A stretch of DNA of 63,510 bases from Acidobacteriota bacterium (GTDB lineage Bacteria; Acidobacteriota; Vicinamibacteria; Vicinamibacterales; UBA2999), in NCBI GenBank assembly GCA_016213695.1, contig JACQZV010000098.1:1-63510 (forward strand), written 5' to 3'. The notes under the pieces were generated by a model that saw only the letters and a list, made by a program, of their open reading frames with translations, ran no database searches and was not told the origin of the DNA. Shown one piece after another: positions 36,427 through 43,368 of the stretch (positions are counted from its first letter, which is position 1; each line of letters opens with the position of its first letter). The translations under genes and the position numbers were made by a program.

Positions 36427-39159
36427 TCAGGCGGCGCCGATCGCCTGGGCGCCTTCGGGCGGTTCGAGTCCGTAGCGCACGCGCTTCAGATAGAGGCCTT
36501 TGCGCGACACGCCGAGCAGGGCGGCCGTCTCCTCCATGCGTCCGCCGGTCGTGCGGATCGCATGCTGGATCATCGCGCGCTCGAGGTGCTGGACGGCTGC
36601 GGGCAGCGGCTGATCGATGCGGACGACCAGCTCGGTCGGGTCGAGCACGCGCTCGGACGCGGGGACGGTTCGGCGCGACGCGGCGATGTCGGCTGACAGA
36701 TGTTCGGGCATCAGGACGGCGTTGGTTTCGGCCAGCGCCGCCATGCGCCGCATTTCGTTGGCGAGCTGCCGCACGTTGCCCGGCCACCGGTAGAGCACCA
36801 GATATTCCATCGTCTCTTCGGCGAGGCGGAGCTGTCCCTTGGCGTATTCGTGCGCGTGTTTCTGCAGGTAGTGGTGGGCGAGCGGCGGGATTTCGACGCG
36901 GCGCTCGCGGAGCGGCGGCACGTGCAGGTGGACGATGTTGAGGCGGTAGAAGAGGTCCTCGCGGAGCCGTCCCTGCGCGACGAGGGCGTCGAGGTCGGCG
37001 TTGGTGGCGACGATGACGCGGACGTCGGCGCGCACCGGCTGCACGTCGCCGATTGGATGGACCTCGTTGGATTCGAGGAAGCGCAGCAGCTTCGGCTGCA
37101 CCTCGAGCGTGGTTTCGCCGATCTCGTCGAGGAAGAGCGTGCCGCCGGTGGCGGCGCGAATGACGCCGGGGAAGTGCTCGGTGGCGCCGGTGAACGACCC
37201 TTTGCGGTGGCCGAAGAGCTGCGAATCGAGCATGTCCTTCGGCACGCTGCTGCAGTTGAACGGCAAAAACGTGGCGGCCGCGCGGTTCGAATAGCCGTGG
37301 ATGGTGCGCGCCAGCACTTCCTTGCCGGTGCCGGTTTCGCCGGTGATGAGGACCGGGACCGTGGTGGGCGCGATGCGGCGCGCGGTGGCGAGGAGCGCCT
37401 GCATCTCCTCGGCGAGGAAAAGGGCGCCGGCCTGTTCTTCGATGGGCGGGGCGGGCCAGAGGGCGGCGCGGTTGCGTTCCTCCTCGCGGGCCTGCTCGAG
37501 CGCGAGGGCGTGGCGGCCCATGCGCAGCACGTCGGCCAGGAGGATGGCCTTGGCGGGATCGCCGGGGATCGTGCAGACGAGCGTGAGGTGCTTCTTGCGA
37601 TCGACGCCGAGCGGCAGGACGACGGTCGTGTCGGAGGCGTTGGGCGCGGCGGCGTTCTCACGTGTTTCGACAAGCTTCGCGTCGGGCGAGCAGGCGAGGG
37701 CGTCGATGGCGAACTGCATTTCTTCGCCGAGCAGGCGCGGGCGATGGGCGAGGTCGGTGAAGGCGGCGAGCGAATCGGCGACGCATTCGGCGGTGCCGGC
37801 GCCGTGCGGCGTCGGCGGGGGCGTCGTGTCGGGCTGGGAGTCTGATGGGTTGTCGTCCATTTCCAGGCGAACGGACACGATGCCCTGACCGGCCCATAGT
37901 CGAAGTGCCCGATCCCGAAGCTGCTGCTCCAACGGCGTTGCAAGGCCATGCAGTACAAGCGCCGATGCGTAGTAGTACTGTGCCTGAAGTTCCCTGATGC
38001 TTGTGACATGGAGTTCGTCGGCGCGGACGAGACACAGCGACGCATTATTGAACTCTTGGGATCGTGCCCCTGCGTGGGCAGCAGTCAAGTAAATGGATCC
38101 CTTGAGCGGCACGTCGCTCCCTTGCAAGTAACTTGCGGCTGCTGCATCCAGTGATCGGACGGCTTCGGCAAACTGTCCCTGTCTTATCAAGAGTTGTGCC
38201 GTTGTTATTGCTGCCCATCGCACCTGGTAAAACGAAGCAACCCGGTCGGTCTGCCCAATACCCTGTGAAACAAACCGAAGCGTGTTCTCACAATCCTCGA
38301 GTTCACCGAGAGCTAAGTGCACCCTTGCGAGACCGACAGCTACGCCCACCCTAGTGAACAGGGATGTCTTCTTGTCATTCAGCAGCAGGGAGAACGTTCT
38401 CTTTGCCCTATCGAATTCACCCGCTAGTAGTTGTATGTGGCCAATATTGCTGTCGGCGTTCACTTCGGTTTGGACGTATCCGATCCGGCCTGCGACGAGT
38501 TTCGCCGATCGAAGAAGTTGGGCTGCGTTGCTGAACTCGCAGCGCAATATCGATATACATCCACGATTCAGAAGCAGCAAAGACGCCAACCAGGCATTTG
38601 ACGAAGCCTGCAGCAACGATTCGGCGATACTGCAGTGCCGCTGTGCCTCATCCAAGCGTCCTGTCTGGCCTTCCAGTACGGATACACATATGTGGAGGTA
38701 AGCGGTGGCGGCAGGAACACCTGCTCGATTCACGGTTCGCCTCGCGTCGTTCAGGGCCGTCAGGACGTTACTGATAGGGCCGCTTTCAATTAGGAGTCTC
38801 AGCAGATGCAGGTATGCCCAGGCAGTCAGTTCTACTTCCCTCGACTCCTGTGCAAGGTAGACCGCAGACTGGGCGTGGCGGATCGCGGAAGCCAAATCTC
38901 CACGGCGCCAGTTAACAGTTGCGATTGCTGACTCAGCTTGAGATCTTACAGAAGGCGCTGATGGTGGATGGCAGTCTAGCTCCGCCAAGCGCGCCGCCTC
39001 TTCGAGCTCACTCGTTAGCGTTAAGGCAGTCGCCACAATCACACGATGTCGCGGCTCGAGGCCTCTCCGCTCCTCTTCTGTGCAGGCCGAAACGTGAAGT
39101 AGCTGCCGAAAGTCACCCTGTCTGAATAGTCTCGCTGCTGCTTCGTAACTGGCGCCCAT
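36427..39159 (-). CDS. Sigma54-dependent enhancer-binding protein with long N-terminal TPR-like sensor
   Basis: GETGTGKE, SQLFGHRKGSFTGA, LFLDEIGE, REDLFYRLN, WPGNVRQL, Fis-type HTH; ~430-aa helical N-terminus with no receiver domain; GGAGAGG RBS. Confidence 0.9.
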   Translation of the reverse strand: MGASYEAAARLFRQGDFRQLLHVSACTEEERRGLEPRHRVIVATALTLTSELEEAARLAELDCHPPSAPSVRSQAESAIATVNWRRGDLASAIRHAQSAVYLAQESREVELTAWAYLHLLRLLIESGPISNVLTALNDARRTVNRAGVPAATAYLHICVSVLEGQTGRLDEAQRHCSIAESLLQASSNAWLASLLLLNRGCISILRCEFSNAAQLLRSAKLVAGRIGYVQTEVNADSNIGHIQLLAGEFDRAKRTFSLLLNDKKTSLFTRVGVAVGLARVHLALGELEDCENTLRFVSQGIGQTDRVASFYQVRWAAITTAQLLIRQGQFAEAVRSLDAAAASYLQGSDVPLKGSIYLTAAHAGARSQEFNNASLCLVRADELHVTSIRELQAQYYYASALVLHGLATPLEQQLRDRALRLWAGQGIVSVRLEMDDNPSDSQPDTTPPPTPHGAGTAECVADSLAAFTDLAHRPRLLGEEMQFAIDALACSPDAKLVETRENAAAPNASDTTVVLPLGVDRKKHLTLVCTIPGDPAKAILLADVLRMGRHALALEQAREEERNRAALWPAPPIEEQAGALFLAEEMQALLATARRIAPTTVPVLITGETGTGKEVLARTIHGYSNRAAATFLPFNCSSVPKDMLDSQLFGHRKGSFTGATEHFPGVIRAATGGTLFLDEIGETTLEVQPKLLRFLESNEVHPIGDVQPVRADVRVIVATNADLDALVAQGRLREDLFYRLNIVHLHVPPLRERRVEIPPLAHHYLQKHAHEYAKGQLRLAEETMEYLVLYRWPGNVRQLANEMRRMAALAETNAVLMPEHLSADIAASRRTVPASERVLDPTELVVRIDQPLPAAVQHLERAMIQHAIRTTGGRMEETAALLGVSRKGLYLKRVRYGLEPPEGAQAIGAA

Positions 39160-39192
39160 CGCACCTCTCCGAGAACGTTACGAGATGGCCCG

Positions 39193-41127
39193 TCAGGCCT
39201 TCTGGTTTGGGAATGACACCACGTTTGAGGAAGTGTTTGCGACGAGGGATGAGATCCGACTGGCGAGGGCAGAGCCAACGTGCTCGAACGTGTAGCGATG
39301 GCCTTCGTTAAAGGCATCCTTCTTGGCGGAGTATGCCGTTAGCACTCCCATCAAGCTGTCGCCTTGGACGAGCGGCGTGCTGAGGGTACTGCGCAATGGA
39401 GGTGCAAAGAACCCGGCAATTTGTGCTAAGTCCAGTGATGCATCTGAGTTAACTGACGCGCGACGATTCGCCGCGGTCCAGCCAGTGATTCTCTCGCCCA
39501 GCTTAATGGATAGGTTGTCCAAGAGGTGCTGGTTGTCTCCGTAAGCACTCACGCAGGTCAATATGTCTGCCGTGCTGTTATAAACAAATACCGCATAAAT
39601 GGTCGCCGGAGTGAGTTGTCGCAGGTAATGACCGGCACTCTGCAGTGCCGTCGCGGTCGAAGTCGCTCTCGCGATGTCCCTTGAACAGGTGTCCAGGAGC
39701 GTAGTTTCGGATGCATTCGCACGAATGTGCCGCAACGGTGCGGCCGTGTCGTCAATGGACGTTGTGAGTCCAGCCGCATCGATGATGCTGCGAGCGTCCT
39801 GGCCAGCCTGAATGGCGACGGGCGCGATCTCTTCGTACGCGTTGATGAACGTATCAACCACGAAGGGGTCGTACATCGTACCTCGGCTCTGACGAATTAT
39901 CGCGAACGCCTCATCGGTGCCCAGACGTGGACGATACGGTCGGTCGGATGTGAGGGCGTCAAAACAATCGACCACCGAGAGAATCCGTGCGCCTAGCGGA
40001 ATATCGGTTCCGGATATTCCTGTGGGATACCCCGTCCCGTCCCAGCATTCGTGATGGTGACGAACGATCGGGACGACGGGGTAGGGAAATCTGACAGAGG
40101 AGAGGAGATCGGCGCCAATGTCGGCATGGCGCTTCATCTTCTCGAACTCGGCAGCGCTAAGCTTCCCTGGTTTGTTCAGGATGTGTTCAGGGATGGCGAG
40201 TTTGCCCATGTCGTGGAGTAAAGCGGCGGTCGTAATGGCCTGCAGTTGCCGTTCCTCCGTAACACCGAGACGTTTCGCGAGTTCGACTGCAAACACCTGA
40301 ACCCGTCGGATGTGGCCGTGAGTGATCTGGTCTTTGGCATCTACAGCCATAGCCAGGGCCTCGATTGTGGACATGTAGAGGTCATTGAGCTGGACCACGT
40401 GCCGGTTAGCATCCTCGACCCGACCCAATGTCGACCGAAAGGTGTAGTACGAAATCAGGAGCAGCGGGATGATGATACTTAGGACCGTAACGTCTATCTG
40501 ATCCGTGTAAGCAACAATCAGCATTGCGAGCGAGCCGCCGACAAAATAATTGATGCTCGTACCGGGGAAATTGTTCGCCCAGAGTCGCACAACGCGTTCT
40601 CGGCGTTCGACCGCTAATGCACCTGCAACGAGACCGGTGTTGATGATGAAATACAAGAAAATGAACGCGAATACCGGAGTGATTAGTTGAGAAATGTCGT
40701 GACGGCCGATCTGTCCCGGGTGGGCGCCCGACAAATAGAAGAACGCCTCGCTTGCTAACCGAATTGCAATAGCGGGTGCGGTTCCGTTGAAGAGCACCTT
40801 CAGGGGCGATCTTCTCATTCGGTCTAGCCAGAAGGAGATGACTAGGGCGTCTAGAACGACGATGATGGTCCCAGCTGCGGGACCAAAGAGTAATACCGCG
40901 GTGAAGATGAAAGTTTCCGATACGGAAAGCCGGGCCTGTAGCCCAGGGACTCTTACCGTGAACGAACCGGTGAACAGAGTCAGGGCCGCCAAGACAAGCC
41001 ACTCAAGTCCCGGCGGGTCTAGTGACACTTGCCACAGGGATTGCGCGACTACGAAGAGGCCGGTCGCAATTACGACCGTTAGATATTGATGTCGGCGGCG
41101 TTCACTCGCCTTGGGTGTAACAGACAC
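39193..41127 (-). CDS. Membrane-anchored HD-GYP phosphodiesterase with C-terminal GAF domain
   Basis: ~6 N-terminal TM segments; DAKDQITHGHIRRV, LLHDMGK, HHHECWDGTGYPTG, VDCFDALTSDRPYR; GAF-like tail. Confidence 0.9.
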   Translation of the reverse strand: MSVTPKASERRRHQYLTVVIATGLFVVAQSLWQVSLDPPGLEWLVLAALTLFTGSFTVRVPGLQARLSVSETFIFTAVLLFGPAAGTIIVVLDALVISFWLDRMRRSPLKVLFNGTAPAIAIRLASEAFFYLSGAHPGQIGRHDISQLITPVFAFIFLYFIINTGLVAGALAVERRERVVRLWANNFPGTSINYFVGGSLAMLIVAYTDQIDVTVLSIIIPLLLISYYTFRSTLGRVEDANRHVVQLNDLYMSTIEALAMAVDAKDQITHGHIRRVQVFAVELAKRLGVTEERQLQAITTAALLHDMGKLAIPEHILNKPGKLSAAEFEKMKRHADIGADLLSSVRFPYPVVPIVRHHHECWDGTGYPTGISGTDIPLGARILSVVDCFDALTSDRPYRPRLGTDEAFAIIRQSRGTMYDPFVVDTFINAYEEIAPVAIQAGQDARSIIDAAGLTTSIDDTAAPLRHIRANASETTLLDTCSRDIARATSTATALQSAGHYLRQLTPATIYAVFVYNSTADILTCVSAYGDNQHLLDNLSIKLGERITGWTAANRRASVNSDASLDLAQIAGFFAPPLRSTLSTPLVQGDSLMGVLTAYSAKKDAFNEGHRYTFEHVGSALASRISSLVANTSSNVVSFPNQKA

Positions 41128-41153
41128 ACTCGTTTGTACCGCACCTTATCGGC

Positions 41154-41183
41154 TTAGTCGCCCCAAACAATTATTCTTCGCAC
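41154..41183 (-). other. Isolated IIVWGD-stop unit: relic S8 tail or 9-aa micro-ORF (MRRIIVWGD)
   Basis: Minus strand reads GGGGG-AAATA-GTG CGA AGA ATA ATT GTT TGG GGC GAC TAA; out of frame with S8 (stops 49 nt apart). Confidence 0.4.
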
Positions 41184-41202
41184 TATTTCCCCCGAATCTG
41201 CG

Positions 41203-42873
41203 TTAGTCGCCCCAGACGGTGGTGTCGCCCCAGACGGTGGTGTCGCCCCAGACGGTGGTGTCGCCCCAGACGGCGGTGTCGCCCCAGACGGCGGTGTCGC
41301 CCCAGACGGTGGTGTCGCCCCAGACGGTGGTGTCGCCCCAGACGGCGGTGTCGCCCCAGACGGCGGTGTCGCCCCAGACGGTGGTGTCGCCCCAGAGTGT
41401 TATTGCGCCAAAGACAACTCCACCGCTCGAAACCGTCTCCCCCGCAATAACCGTCACCGGCGGCCCTTCGGAGTCAGCCGCACTCAGCGCCGCCACGACG
41501 TTCAAGCTGCCGGCCCCCGCACGCAGCAACCCAATCGGCATCGCCTCCGCGCTCGCCTGCAGAGTCGCCCGCACCTGGAGCGGATTGAGCGCGCGCGCGT
41601 CGAGCAGCAGCGCCGTCGCCCCCGAGACCACCGCGGCCGACATGCTCGTCCCCGACAACTGCAGCCGCTTGCCCTCGGCTGTATCGATGACGAGCTCCGG
41701 GTGCTCCCGCGCAAGCGTCGACCCCGGCGCCAGCAGCCCCACAACCTTGTTCCCCGGCGCCACCAGATCCGGCTTGATGAGGCCGTCAAACAGCGTCAGG
41801 CCACGCGAGCTGTACGTCGTGATCACGTCGTCAGACCGCTGCGCCGTCCCCTTCGTGTTGAGCGCGCCCACCGTGATCGCATAGGGCGAATTGCCCGGCA
41901 CCGTGATCCCGCCGAATACCTCGGTGCCGGCCGCATCCTTACCGTGGTTGCCGGCCGACGCCACCACGACGAGGCCCGCGCGATACGCGCGCTCCACCGC
42001 CTGGCACAACGGATCGTCGGCGCACCGCTGCAGCACCGGCCCGCCGAGCGACAGGTTGATCACCTTGATGCCGTAGCGATCGCGGTTCGCAATCGCCCAG
42101 TCGATCGCGTCAATCACGTCGGCCGCATAGCCGGCGCCGTTCGCGTCGAGCACCTTCAGGTTGATGAGACGCGCGCCCGGCGCGACACCGCGCGTCGGGT
42201 CCTTCGAGTTCGCCCCGGACGCCGCGATGATCCCTGCCACGTGCGTGCCGTGTCCGTTGTCGTCGCCGGCGTTCCCGCGCACCCCGGCGCCGGCGTCCGC
42301 GCAGTCGGTCTTCCCGACCTTCTGGCCCGATCGTTTGGACGCCGCCGTGAAGTCAACGCTCACGACAATGCGGCCGCGGAGCTGCGGCAGATCCGCAATG
42401 CCCGTGTCGACGACTGCCACGCCGATGCCGTCGCCGGTCACCCCGTCCGCGCCCGGCGCCCACCCGTCGGTCCACACCTGGTCGGCGCCAATCGCCACGG
42501 TGGTCACCGCCATCTGCGGCTGCACCCGGTAGTTGCTCGACAAGGCGCCGAGCCGGCCGTCGGCCGCCAGCGCGCTCAGCGCGCCGGCCGGCACCGCAAC
42601 CACCGCGCCGGTCTTCAGCCGCTTGCCGACGCGCAGGCCGTGCCGCGCCGCCAGCGTGTCGATCTGCGCCTGTGTCCCGGGGACGATGACGCAGGTCTCT
42701 TCAGTGGTGCCAGCTTGGAGCCGCTCGGTCAGGTCCTCGGAAAGGCGCGCACGCCGGCCCTGCGCCAACGCGTCGGTCCCGGAAAGCAGGAGTACCGCAC
42801 ACAGCAGGGCATGGAGTGTCCGGCTGCTGCCAGACACGACGAGTGACCAACGATTTCCGGGGCACGGGACCAA
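41203..42873 (-). CDS. Secreted S8 subtilase (AprX-like) with C-terminal (xxxWGD)11 repeat tail
   Basis: VAVVDTG, HGTHVAG, SAGN, SGTSMSAAVVSG; signal-peptide-like LLCAVLLLSGTDALAQ; start uncertain (42873 or GTG 42837). Confidence 0.92.
   Translation of the reverse strand: MVPCPGNRWSLVVSGSSRTLHALLCAVLLLSGTDALAQGRRARLSEDLTERLQAGTTEETCVIVPGTQAQIDTLAARHGLRVGKRLKTGAVVAVPAGALSALAADGRLGALSSNYRVQPQMAVTTVAIGADQVWTDGWAPGADGVTGDGIGVAVVDTGIADLPQLRGRIVVSVDFTAASKRSGQKVGKTDCADAGAGVRGNAGDDNGHGTHVAGIIAASGANSKDPTRGVAPGARLINLKVLDANGAGYAADVIDAIDWAIANRDRYGIKVINLSLGGPVLQRCADDPLCQAVERAYRAGLVVVASAGNHGKDAAGTEVFGGITVPGNSPYAITVGALNTKGTAQRSDDVITTYSSRGLTLFDGLIKPDLVAPGNKVVGLLAPGSTLAREHPELVIDTAEGKRLQLSGTSMSAAVVSGATALLLDARALNPLQVRATLQASAEAMPIGLLRAGAGSLNVVAALSAADSEGPPVTVIAGETVSSGGVVFGAITLWGDTTVWGDTAVWGDTAVWGDTTVWGDTTVWGDTAVWGDTAVWGDTTVWGDTTVWGDTTVWGD
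41206..41403. repeat. In-frame 18-bp tandem repeat x11 encoding T(T/A)VWGD
   Basis: gtcgccccagacgg(t/c)ggt x10 plus one divergent ITLWGD unit. Confidence 0.97.
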
Positions 42874-42891
42874 GCGGGACCTCCAGGGGAC

Positions 42892-43152
42892 TCAGGTTCG
42901 GGCGGGTCTCAGGACAAAGGTGGCCGCCGACGCCGACGTTGAAAAGGGCTGGGGCTGGAACCCCAGGCCGTAGAGCGATTCGACGAGCACGCGCTGCGAC
43001 CCGCCCATCGTGCGGATCGTCAGCAGACGCCCGTCGCGTATCCGGTAGTAGACCGTGCGGCGTGAGACCTTCAGGAGCTGCGCGGCCTGATCGATCGACA
43101 CGCTTCGTCCGAGACGCAGTTCAGAAGCGGACGCTGATAATTCGGTATGCAC
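42892..43152 (-). CDS. Small excisionase-like (HTH_17/MerR-type) DNA-binding protein
   Basis: VSIDQAAQLLKVSRRTVYYRIRDGRLLTIR. Confidence 0.8.
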   Translation of the reverse strand: MHTELSASASELRLGRSVSIDQAAQLLKVSRRTVYYRIRDGRLLTIRTMGGSQRVLVESLYGLGFQPQPFSTSASAATFVLRPART

Positions 43153-43175
43153 TCAACTTTCCGCTTTGCACACTG

Positions 43176-43190
43176 GCAGGGTTGGTGCCA
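43176..43190 (-). promoter_or_regulatory. Sigma54 -24/-12 promoter for the HTH-S8-HD-GYP-EBP operon
   Basis: Minus strand TGGCAC-CAACC-CTGC (GG-N10-GC), ~24 nt before the HTH start. Confidence 0.65.
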
Positions 43191-43368
43191 CATCCGGGCG
43201 CGAAGGGGCGCAGCGGGGTAAGCGACCGACACTCAGTGGGTTACAGCAGGCGGATACCTGCGGCCGGCAGCGAGGGGGTGGCGCCAGTGGTCAGGGGCTT
43301 GGCCGCCCGGGCCGCCGGCTGCCCGTTGCAGCAGTGGGCAATCTGCACAGCGATGTGTTGAAATCTGC

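Noticed and set aside
41154-41205. Stop-codon readthrough from S8 into the IIVWGD unit
   Set aside because: The two stops are 49 nt apart, so the unit is out of frame; a frameshift would be needed and no slippery site is evident
41206-41403. 18-bp array as a CRISPR array
   Set aside because: Units are contiguous with no spacers, in frame inside a CDS, and no cas genes are present
41154-41403. Array plus divergent copy as a diversity-generating retroelement TR/VR pair
   Set aside because: No reverse transcriptase; the copy is only ~21 bp and differences are not adenine-specific
36427-42873. S8 protease + AAA ATPase as an IetAS-type defence/toxin system
   Set aside because: The AAA+ is a sigma54 activator (GSFTGA, Fis HTH) and the S8 appears secreted
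42892-43152. Prophage/ICE excisionase marking a mobile element
   Set aside because: No integrase, att repeats, tRNA target or phage genes in the window
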